From NCBI GenBank assembly GCA_965204725.1, contig OZ242005.1:2816001-2880000 (forward strand): DNA of 64,000 bases. The letters run 5' to 3'. Source of the DNA: Candidatus Latescibacterota bacterium (GTDB lineage: Bacteria; Latescibacterota; UBA2968; UBA8231). Made by a program: the position numbers and the translations under genes. Shown here piece by piece: positions 19,897 to 27,562 of this stretch. The notes beneath the pieces are model-generated. The model was not told the origin of the DNA and made no database searches. It saw only the letters and a list, made by a program, of their open reading frames with translations. Numbering within the stretch: position 1 is the stretch's first letter; each line of letters starts with the position of its first letter.

Positions 19897-21149
19897 GCCA
19901 GCCCAAGGGCCTCGTCGATGTCTTGCTGGTAGGCCCGCACGGCCCCGCTTAGAATCTCCGCCATGGACAGCGAACGCCCGGCGCAGGCCGACTCATAAGC
20001 TCCCACAATCGCTGCGACAGCCTGCATCCCGCCTAGGCCATCCACTTCGGGCTGGCCGCCGGTGAGTATGGCTCGGGCAAAGTCGTAGTACTCAATGGCC
20101 AAGTGCCGAGAGTCGATCTCGTAGAAGGAGGTTGCGGACGGGTCGTATTCGACGCCGTCGGCACCGAAGAGACGCTCGGTGATCTCGTCAAGGTGAAAAT
20201 CCGGCAGGAGCGAGAGGATTTCGCGGCCTTTCAGCTCCTTGCCTTCCAAGCGCAGCACTACGGGCCGACCGTTGCGGTCGCCCGGGGAATAGAGCGCTCC
20301 CCAGCGACCGTGGACGCTGCGCTCCCACCCCCGACCACCGCGACCCGCCACCAGCACGAGTTGCGCCAGCGCACCGGACCGCATCCGGTAGAGCGCGACG
20401 ACCGAATCTTCGCCCGTGGCCTCTACGGTATCGGGATAGGTCTTGACCCGCTCGCGGTAGGATTCGAGGGGGTGATCGGCGTGGCCTTCTGGCTTGCGCC
20501 GCACCGGCTCGACGATGAAGCCGCCGCCAAAGACGTGCGCGTACTCTCCCATGTAGTATTGGATGATGTCGCCGTAGTGGACGCCCATGTCCAAACCAAT
20601 GGCCCCCTTTTCCTTGAGGTGCCGCCAAGGCGTGATGGCCATGGTATCGCTGCCGCCAGCCGAGGTCTGCATCATCAAAAAGGGGTCGCCGAGCAGGCCG
20701 GACTCGACGATGGCCCGCGCCAAGCGGTTGGGCGGGTCGCGGCGGTAGTTTTCGGCGGTGGCCAGCACCACACCGCCGGTGCGGGCCGCGTCGATCATGG
20801 CTTGGCAGGCGCGGATGGTAATGCCGAGGGGCTTTTCCACCAGCGCGTGCTTGCCGGCCAAGAGGGCCGGCACGGCGACTTGGTGGTGCATGGAGACGTC
20901 GGTAACCACGTCGATGGCTAGGATGTCGTTGCGGTTGAGCACTGAGTCCATATCGGTAAAGACCAGCGGCGCGCGCCCGAAGAGCCGCTGCACCTCGCGG
21001 GCGGCAAACTCGGCGTTTTCCCGGCGCACGTCGCAGACGGCCGTCAATTCGACATTGCCGATGCCGCTGTCTTCCAACACCTTATAGGCCATGATATGGC
21101 GATGGCCCATGCCGCCGCAGCCGACGACGCAAAGCGGTACTTTTTCCAT
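19893..21149 (-). CDS. Gfo/Idh/MocA family oxidoreductase
   Basis: VVGCGGMG, GKHALVEKP, AENYRRDP, DMGVH. Confidence 0.9.
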   Translation of the reverse strand: MEKVPLCVVGCGGMGHRHIMAYKVLEDSGIGNVELTAVCDVRRENAEFAAREVQRLFGRAPLVFTDMDSVLNRNDILAIDVVTDVSMHHQVAVPALLAGKHALVEKPLGITIRACQAMIDAARTGGVVLATAENYRRDPPNRLARAIVESGLLGDPFLMMQTSAGGSDTMAITPWRHLKEKGAIGLDMGVHYGDIIQYYMGEYAHVFGGGFIVEPVRRKPEGHADHPLESYRERVKTYPDTVEATGEDSVVALYRMRSGALAQLVLVAGRGGRGWERSVHGRWGALYSPGDRNGRPVVLRLEGKELKGREILSLLPDFHLDEITERLFGADGVEYDPSATSFYEIDSRHLAIEYYDFARAILTGGQPEVDGLGGMQAVAAIVGAYESACAGRSLSMAEILSGAVRAYQQDIDEALGLA

Positions 21150-21233
21150 AATAGAATCTCCTGTTAGGTATGCGGAAGGTTGGGCGCGGCTGTGGGCATT
21201 GTCAAGGGGAAGGCAAAACGCGGGAGGAACATT

Positions 21234-23177
21234 TTGCTAAAGCGTTCTCCACCAACGATAAAGGGCTGCACGCCCAAGGCCCTGCTCGTCGGGTTGCTCG
21301 GCGCTCTTTGCATCGGCCTCGGCTCGACCTACAACGATATGATCGTCAAAGGCTCTGGGCTGGCGGTGTGGAACCTGACCCCGGCGGCAACCTTTCTCTT
21401 TTTTGTGCTGGTCATCTTCTTAAACCCGCTCTTAAAGCGGCTGCATCCACACCTGCCCTTACAGCGCGGCGAATTAGCCGTGGCCTTCTTCCTGATCCTA
21501 CTGGCCAATACCCTGTCGAGCCGCGGCCTGCCGGCGCAACTCCTGCCGGTCATCACGGGGGCCTATTACTACGCCACCCCGGAAAACGGTTGGGCCGAGA
21601 TCGTCCAGCCCTATATGCCCGATTGGCCGGTGCCCCAAAACCGCGACGCCATCTGGGGCTTTTACGAAGGTGACCCCACGGGGTCTGTGCCGTGGGCGAT
21701 CTGGGCCGCGCCGCTGCTCTATTGGGCCATCTTTGGCTTGGCCCTCTTTTTGGCGATGGTCTGCTTAATGGTGATCGTGCGGCGGCAATGGGTAGAGCAC
21801 GAGCGTCTAGCCTATCCCATGGTCCAGCTCCCGTTGGCCCTGATCGCCGACGACCGCCAGCGGCTCGGGCGCAGCGGGTTGATGTGGCTGGGGTTTGCCA
21901 TCCCGTTTGTCTTAGGCTCGATCAACGCTTTGCACAACTACTTCCCAGCCGTTCCCACCGTCAGCGTGTCGCTCGATGGCTTGTCGGCGTTCCGCGGCGC
22001 GGTGTCGCTGAGCCTGTACCTGAGCCTGTCGATGGTGGGCTTTTCCTATTTCGTGCCGCAGAACGTCGCCTTGGGGTTGGTTTTTTTTCACCTCGTAAAC
22101 GTGGTGCAGCGCGGGTTGTTGGGGATGCTGGCTTGGGGGGGCAAGGACGAGACCATGGGCGCGTACAGCCAGTACACCGATCCGATCATCATCCACCAAT
22201 CCATGGGCGGCATGATCGTCTTGGTTGCGGGGTCCTTGTGGGTGGGCCGACGACATATCGGGAACGTGCTGCGCAAGGCTTTGGGCCGCGCCCCGGAGGT
22301 AGAGGACGCCGATGAAATTGCTTCCTATAGCGTGGCCGTGTGGGGGGCCGTGGCCAGCTTTGTGGTCATGGGCGTCTGGCTGTGGCAATCCGGCATCCCA
22401 CCGCTGTTGGTCCCCCTGCTGCTGTTGGGCGCATTTGTCGGGTTTATGACCATCGCCCGCGTCGTCGCGCAGGGCGGGGTGGCGGCGATGTTTCCGCCGA
22501 CCAACGGGCCGGACTTCGTCGTCGCCAATGTCGGGGGCTCCGTATTGGGTAGCAAGGGCATGGCCGGCATGGCCCTGAGCTATGCTTGGAGCGTAGATAC
22601 CTTGATCTTGCTGATGAGCGCGTGCGCCAATGGCCTAAAGCTGGTCGCGGAAATCAACCTGCCCCAGCGCCGCCGCCTCTTCGGGGCCACCATTGCCGTG
22701 ATCGTCCTGACGCTGGGCTGCGTCGTCGCCCTAACCCTCTATCTAGGCTATCAGTACGGGGCCATTAATTTGTCGCGATTTTACTTTGATAACGTCGCGC
22801 AATATCCCTATCGGTTCATGGAGAAGAGCATCCTCAATCCATTCGCGCCGCGCCCGAGTACGTGGATGCACATAGGCGTTGGCGCGGCGATCATGGGCGG
22901 GTTGATGGCGGCCCAGTATCGGTTTTTGTGGTGGCCCTTCCACTCGCTGGGGTTTCCGATTAGCTGCGTCTTTGGCAAGATGTGGTTCAGCGTGTTTATC
23001 GCTTGGCTCCTCAAGAGCGCGGTGCTCAAATACGGCGGGCTGACGCTGTTGAACCGCCTCAAGCCCTTCTTTCTGGGCTTGGTCTTGGGCGAGGCCGTCG
23101 TGGCCGGGACTTGGGTGCTCATTGACTATGTAACCGGCATGCAAAACAATCATCTGGGTGGGATTGTGTTTCAATAG
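21234..23177 (+). CDS. Polytopic membrane protein, DUF6785-like (putative transporter)
   Basis: About 15 or more hydrophobic segments; YYATPENGW, RRQWVEHERLAYP, WWPFHSLG, PFFLGLVLG. Paralog of 46338-48296. GGAGG RBS before TTG. Confidence 0.75.
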   Translation: MLKRSPPTIKGCTPKALLVGLLGALCIGLGSTYNDMIVKGSGLAVWNLTPAATFLFFVLVIFLNPLLKRLHPHLPLQRGELAVAFFLILLANTLSSRGLPAQLLPVITGAYYYATPENGWAEIVQPYMPDWPVPQNRDAIWGFYEGDPTGSVPWAIWAAPLLYWAIFGLALFLAMVCLMVIVRRQWVEHERLAYPMVQLPLALIADDRQRLGRSGLMWLGFAIPFVLGSINALHNYFPAVPTVSVSLDGLSAFRGAVSLSLYLSLSMVGFSYFVPQNVALGLVFFHLVNVVQRGLLGMLAWGGKDETMGAYSQYTDPIIIHQSMGGMIVLVAGSLWVGRRHIGNVLRKALGRAPEVEDADEIASYSVAVWGAVASFVVMGVWLWQSGIPPLLVPLLLLGAFVGFMTIARVVAQGGVAAMFPPTNGPDFVVANVGGSVLGSKGMAGMALSYAWSVDTLILLMSACANGLKLVAEINLPQRRRLFGATIAVIVLTLGCVVALTLYLGYQYGAINLSRFYFDNVAQYPYRFMEKSILNPFAPRPSTWMHIGVGAAIMGGLMAAQYRFLWWPFHSLGFPISCVFGKMWFSVFIAWLLKSAVLKYGGLTLLNRLKPFFLGLVLGEAVVAGTWVLIDYVTGMQNNHLGGIVFQ

Positions 23178-23190
23178 CAGGGGGTTATAA

Positions 23191-23304
23191 GTAGCGTTCT
23201 TACAATTAGGGTTCCAGTTTCTGATTCGGCTTGGTCCTTTTCTGGATTCCCGCTTTCGCGGGAATGACCCCTAGCGTCGTCGTGTAAGACTAGCCAAAGG
23301 CAAC
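23191..23304. mobile_element. MITE-like element, family B, right end truncated, with REP palindrome
   Basis: TAA followed by GTAGCGTTCTTACAA; colinear with 43666-43800; REP CTGGATTCCCGCTTTCGCGGGAATGAC at 23242-23268. Confidence 0.75.
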
Positions 23305-23306
23305 TC

Positions 23307-23335
23307 TTGAAAGGGGCCGTTGAAACGGCTATCTT
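23307..23335 (+). promoter_or_regulatory. Putative sigma70 promoter, probably leaderless mRNA
   Basis: TTGAAA-17-TATCTT ends 6 nt before ATG 23342; no Shine-Dalgarno sequence. Confidence 0.5.
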
Positions 23336-23341
23336 AGTCTC

Positions 23342-24175
23342 ATGATGACGCCCGACCAACGCTACTTCTTCGATTTGACCGGCTATCTCCACTTGCGCGG
23401 CGTGCTCAGCGCAGCCGAGCTCGCGCCCGCCCAAGCCGCGGCCGACCGCTACATCAACATGCCGCCCGAAGAGTGGCCCCCCGAATTTGGCGCGGATCGC
23501 ACGCGCCGCGACCTCACCCCCTATCAGCACGGCTTTGCCTTCGACAAAAGCCTCGAAGTGCTCACCCGGCATCCGGCGACTTGGCCCATCCTCATGGAAC
23601 TCACCGACCGCCGGCCGCGCTTCAACGGCGGCACCTTGGGCTACAACCGCCACGGCCACCGCTTCCACCGCTTGCACGCCGGATGGCAGCCCTCCAAGCG
23701 GCCCGACGTGCGGCGGTACTACCTCGAGGACGGCCAAGTCCGCTGTACGGACTTTATTTTCTTTTTTTACTTGACCGATGTGTTCCCCGGCGACGGCGGC
23801 CTCATCGTCTTGCCCGGCTCGCACAAGGCTCACTTCGACCGGCCCCAAGGGATGTTTTACCCCGGTGCCGAAGGCGACGCCGACTATGTTGCCGACGCGG
23901 TGCCCCCGGGCGTCCACAATGTCTGCGCCCGCGCCGGCGATGTCGTCATCATGCCCGAGCACCTCATGCACGGCGCGCTCACTTGGCAACCCCGCGACCG
24001 CGACCGCCGCTTCCTCATCCTGCGCTACAACGTCCAGCACATGCTCACCGGCCAGCGCCGCCCCTTTCCCGAGGCCATTCGCCAGCGGCTCGACCCCGAG
24101 ACGATTGACCTGCTCGAACTGGCCCCGTACTACGAGTACAAAAACATCGTCAAGAAGCGCGAAAACATCGCCTAG
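23342..24175 (+). CDS. Phytanoyl-CoA dioxygenase (Fe/2OG) family protein
   Basis: FFDLTGYL, LHAG, YLTDV..GDGG..VLPGSHK, AGDVVIM.E.L.HG. Confidence 0.88.
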   Translation: MMTPDQRYFFDLTGYLHLRGVLSAAELAPAQAAADRYINMPPEEWPPEFGADRTRRDLTPYQHGFAFDKSLEVLTRHPATWPILMELTDRRPRFNGGTLGYNRHGHRFHRLHAGWQPSKRPDVRRYYLEDGQVRCTDFIFFFYLTDVFPGDGGLIVLPGSHKAHFDRPQGMFYPGAEGDADYVADAVPPGVHNVCARAGDVVIMPEHLMHGALTWQPRDRDRRFLILRYNVQHMLTGQRRPFPEAIRQRLDPETIDLLELAPYYEYKNIVKKRENIA

Positions 24176-24216
24176 CCCCGTGCTGAGTCACAAGGGTTGA
24201 CAGGGCCCTTCTTGGA

Positions 24217-24795
24217 TTGAACATTTGTATAGGCCAATCAAACCGGAGGGCAGCCATGTGGAACAGGAGATTCACGGTCGATGTAGGGCGCGGGTGGGCC
24301 GATCTGCTCACGCCAATCAATTACTATCGCATCCACTGCAAGGCATTTCGCTTGGATGTGGTCGTGCAAACGGGGGCCGAGATCTTGCCGGGGGTCGTCA
24401 TCTACCCGCAGATCATGGCCGTCTGCGGCCTCACCGTAAAGACCCGGCGCGAGCGGGACATCTATCGCGGGGCCCCGAGCCTCGTAGCAGAGGTTTTCCC
24501 GCACGCCGAGCCGTCCGCCAACCTAATGGAAAAGTCGCAAGAGCTGTTGGCAGAAGCCGGCGTCATCGAGTACATCGCCTCCGGCGGCAGCGCGGGGAAT
24601 ACGACTTGGTTCCGATTGGCCGATGGGCGCTATCAGGAGGTCGCGCCCAGTGCCGATGGCTTCATTCGCAGCGCGGCCCTCCCGGGCTTTTGGATGGACC
24701 TAGAGGCGCAAAGAAAGGGTGCTTACCAGCGAGTATTCCATGGAATCCACCAAGGCATTGCGACCGACCTCGACGAGAAGTATCGGGCACTATAA
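24217..24795 (+). CDS. Uma2-family endonuclease-like protein, degenerate and probably N-terminally truncated
   Basis: YRGAPSLVAEV, AGVIEYI, LADGRYQEV.P..DG.IRS.ALPGFWMD. The PD catalytic position appears altered (YPQ). The stop codon lies in the adjacent MITE end. Confidence 0.6.
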   Translation: MNICIGQSNRRAAMWNRRFTVDVGRGWADLLTPINYYRIHCKAFRLDVVVQTGAEILPGVVIYPQIMAVCGLTVKTRRERDIYRGAPSLVAEVFPHAEPSANLMEKSQELLAEAGVIEYIASGGSAGNTTWFRLADGRYQEVAPSADGFIRSAALPGFWMDLEAQRKGAYQRVFHGIHQGIATDLDEKYRAL

Positions 24796-24968
24796 CCGTC
24801 CTACATCCTTCATACGGGATGTTGTGCATGGATTTTTGGGTATGAGATACTTCGCTGCGCTCAGTATGACAAGGTGTGGGGCACGCAGCCCTCGTCTGGG
24901 TGTCATGCTGAGCGTAGCGCAGCGCAGCGAAGCATCTCTACATGCTTTCGAGTCATAGGATTGCTATA
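24791..24968. mobile_element. MITE-like element, family A, with inverted REP pair
   Basis: TATAACCGTCCTACAT...TAGGATTGCTATA ends; AGATACTTCGCTGCGCTCAGTATGAC / GTCATGCTGAGCG...GAAGCATCT; reverse-complement match to 11946-12093. Confidence 0.78.
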
Positions 24969-24970
24969 GC

Positions 24971-25720
24971 ATGACGGCTCTCGATTTCCGCGCCCGCGTC
25001 CCGGTTTTCGACGCCAACATCGGCGTCGGCCATGCCCACGACCGGCCCTCGCCGGTTGCCGATGCGGCCGGCCTGCGGGCGGAGATGCAGCGCCACGGCG
25101 TGGAGCGCGGCTTGATCTACCACCGCCAAGGCGAAGCCATCAGCGCGATTGAGGGCAACGAGGCCCTGCGAGCTTGGCAAGGCGATGGGCTCGTCTGCCA
25201 ATGGGTTGCCGGGCCGAGCGCAGAATCGCTGGCGCAACTGCGGGCGCTCCACGCGGCCGGCGAGGTCCGCAGCGTCCGCCTACACAACACGCAGGCGTGC
25301 CGCGTCCCCTTTGTGGGTTGGATCTACGGCGAGTTGCTCGCTTGGCTGGCGGCTGAGCGCATCCCCCTGTGGGTCTCGCTGGCCGACACCCCGGTTGCCG
25401 AAGTCGCGGAGACCTTGCGTTGCTTCCCGGAGGTACAGGTAGTACTCCTCGGTGCTCACTACGTGCATTCCCTCGCCTTGCGCCCCCTGCTCAGGGCGCT
25501 GCCGCAAGCGGCCATGGAGCTAAGCCGCTTTGAGAATCTGGGCGGTATTGAGGCGCTGATCGGCGAATTTGGCGTGGAACGCTTCCTCTACGGCTCCTAC
25601 TATCCGCGCTACGCCATGGGGCCGATGCTCTTTTACCTGCACCACTTGGCTATTGACAACGCCGCGCTCGCAGCTTTGGCCGCGGGCAATCTAGCGCGCA
25701 TTCTCGGAGAGGTCGCGTGA
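24971..25720 (+). CDS. Amidohydrolase-fold protein with degenerate metal ligands
   Basis: FDANIGVG in place of DxHxH; G.ERFLYGSYYP; AAGNLARIL. Confidence 0.75.
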   Translation: MTALDFRARVPVFDANIGVGHAHDRPSPVADAAGLRAEMQRHGVERGLIYHRQGEAISAIEGNEALRAWQGDGLVCQWVAGPSAESLAQLRALHAAGEVRSVRLHNTQACRVPFVGWIYGELLAWLAAERIPLWVSLADTPVAEVAETLRCFPEVQVVLLGAHYVHSLALRPLLRALPQAAMELSRFENLGGIEALIGEFGVERFLYGSYYPRYAMGPMLFYLHHLAIDNAALAALAAGNLARILGEVA

Positions 25721-26451
25721 TCATCGACTTTCACGGCCACGTAGGCCGCTGGGATGGGCTCGACATGGTCGACGACCCGGTCGAGATGCTCCGCGCCATG
25801 GATGCGGTGGGGATCGACAAAAGCTGCGTCTTCAACATCTTCCATCCCGACGGCAAACCCGGCAACGACCAGACAGCGGCTTTTGTCGCCCGCCATCCCG
25901 ACCGCTTCATTGGCTTCGCGTACGTAGCCCCCACCTGCCCCGACACCGTGCGCCCCGAGTTGGAAAGAGCCATCGACGAGCTCGGGTTCCGGGCGATCAA
26001 AATCTACTCGCCCTACACGCCCTTTCCGCTCGACGACCCGGCTTGGGACCCAATCTACGGCTTTGCCGATGAGCGCGGCCTCGCCATCTTGGCGCACACG
26101 GGCGGCGAGGCAACGGCCGCACCTGCCCAATTTGGCCGCGCGGCCGCGCGCTTTCCCAACGCCCGCTTCGTCGCCGGCCACGCCGGCAACACCGAGCCGT
26201 ATCGCAGCCAAGCTATTGCCGCGGCCGTGCGCTTGCCCAACTACTTCCTCGAAACCTGTTCGACCTTTCGCACCCCGGGCGTCGTCGAAGAGTTGGTGGC
26301 CAAGGCCGGGGCCGACCGCGTTCTCTTTGGCTCGGATACGCCCTTGATGGACCCCCGCCCCCAGCTCGGCAAGATCATCACCGCAGCCATTGACCGCGAC
26401 GCCAAGCGCCTCATCCTCGGGGAGAATGCCCGGCGCCTGCTCGGGCTGTAA
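25717..26451 (+). CDS. Amidohydrolase_2 family protein
   Basis: IDFHGH, HPDRFIGF, LAHT, AGHAG, VLFGSDTP, ILGENARRLL; GTGA overlap with the upstream gene. Confidence 0.9.
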   Translation: MIIDFHGHVGRWDGLDMVDDPVEMLRAMDAVGIDKSCVFNIFHPDGKPGNDQTAAFVARHPDRFIGFAYVAPTCPDTVRPELERAIDELGFRAIKIYSPYTPFPLDDPAWDPIYGFADERGLAILAHTGGEATAAPAQFGRAAARFPNARFVAGHAGNTEPYRSQAIAAAVRLPNYFLETCSTFRTPGVVEELVAKAGADRVLFGSDTPLMDPRPQLGKIITAAIDRDAKRLILGENARRLLGL

Positions 26452-26463
26452 GCTGTAAGACGC

Positions 26464-26499
26464 AAAAAGCCCGCCTGCCACCGAGGGCAAGCGGGCTTT
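26464..26499. terminator. Intrinsic (probably bidirectional) terminator
   Basis: AAAAAGCCCGCCTGCC-loop-GGCAAGCGGGCTTT hairpin between convergent genes. Confidence 0.7.
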
Positions 26500-26521
26500 G
26501 CAAGCGGTGCGGAACCGGGTA

Positions 26522-27451
26522 TTACTGGTACTGATGCTTAATCCGGCCCCAACTCTGCGCTTCGACCGAGGTCGGCTCGCCCCAATCAATGGTGTCGTCC
26601 ATGGGGGAGATGAGCAGGTCCTGCGAAGAGTGACAACAGTTCGTCGGGGTCGTCGCCCACATGCCGACGCGGTTGTCGGCATCGCCGGCACTGTCATCGA
26701 CGTCGCTGACGAAAATCGAAAAGCCGATTATCTCGCCCGCCGTCAGGTCGTGCTCAATGACCTGATCTTCGGTGATGTTCTCCTCGGTCGGCTTGGGATA
26801 CGAATCAATGGCGATGGTGCGGAACTCGTAGATATACGTGCTCTCGCCATACTCCTCGCCCTCAAAGCTATAGGTGCAGTAGTACCAACGGCTGCCGTTG
26901 GACAGCAGCGTCGGGTTTTCGATGTCGGCAGAAGAGACGGCAGCCGTTTGCAGGGCCGGGCCGAAATTGCCGTTGAGCGGCGGGAACGCGAATGAGTACT
27001 TGTGGTGCGTCACCACGTCTTCGGGCTTGGGCAAGTAGTCGTGGCGCGGATTGAACTCGATCTCAATGCTGTCGTCCCACCAGTAGGAGCCTAAGTCTTG
27101 GCGGGTAATGGTGTGTTTGTTGTCGAACACCTTCGTCGTCACGTAGAGTTCATTGCGCGAGTCGTTCCAGCCCAAGATGTGGCGGATCTGCATAGAAGCC
27201 GGATCCATGCCGCCGCGTGGCACGTCGTCGCCAGCAAAGCCATGCACGGAAAAGAGCCTCGAACTGGGAATGGCGTACACATCGAGCGGCACCGCCGCCC
27301 AATCGTCGTCAAATCCGTCGATGACCGGCACATGGGAATCGGGGAACTGCACGGCGAGTTCAAACTCGCCCGGGGGCTCGTGCGCCCCGGCGGCGAGGGC
27401 AAAGGCCAAAAGGGCCATTGCCGTCAGGCTACAGGTGAAAAGACGCTTCAT
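26522..27451 (-). CDS. Secreted DOMON/CBM9-like protein with C-terminal TSVEAQSWGRIK motif
   Basis: AAGGAGG RBS; signal peptide MKRLFTCSLTAMALLAFALAAGA; PVIDG..DDW, LGWN, DDSIEI, L..GEIIGF...V.D.D. Paralog of 48485-49420. Confidence 0.65.
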   Translation of the reverse strand: MKRLFTCSLTAMALLAFALAAGAHEPPGEFELAVQFPDSHVPVIDGFDDDWAAVPLDVYAIPSSRLFSVHGFAGDDVPRGGMDPASMQIRHILGWNDSRNELYVTTKVFDNKHTITRQDLGSYWWDDSIEIEFNPRHDYLPKPEDVVTHHKYSFAFPPLNGNFGPALQTAAVSSADIENPTLLSNGSRWYYCTYSFEGEEYGESTYIYEFRTIAIDSYPKPTEENITEDQVIEHDLTAGEIIGFSIFVSDVDDSAGDADNRVGMWATTPTNCCHSSQDLLISPMDDTIDWGEPTSVEAQSWGRIKHQYQ

Positions 27452-27493
27452 AGCTACCTCCTTGGGTAGGTGGACGATGAACGAGGGATTGCA

Positions 27494-27522
27494 AATGTAG
27501 TCAAACGACCCGCCAAATACAA
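27494..27522 (-). promoter_or_regulatory. Putative sigma70 promoter
   Basis: TTGTAT-17-TACATT on the minus strand, ~40 nt upstream of ATG 27451. Confidence 0.45.
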
Positions 27523-27562
27523 CTATTGCGACTGCCAGCACCCCCCGCTACGGCCGGGATGA

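Noticed and set aside
25633-26697. Long antisense or alternate-frame ORFs (also 46297-47265, 46569-47615, 51088-52041, 52504-53430)
   Set aside because: Shadow ORFs of well-supported genes in GC-rich DNA, with no recognisable motifs.
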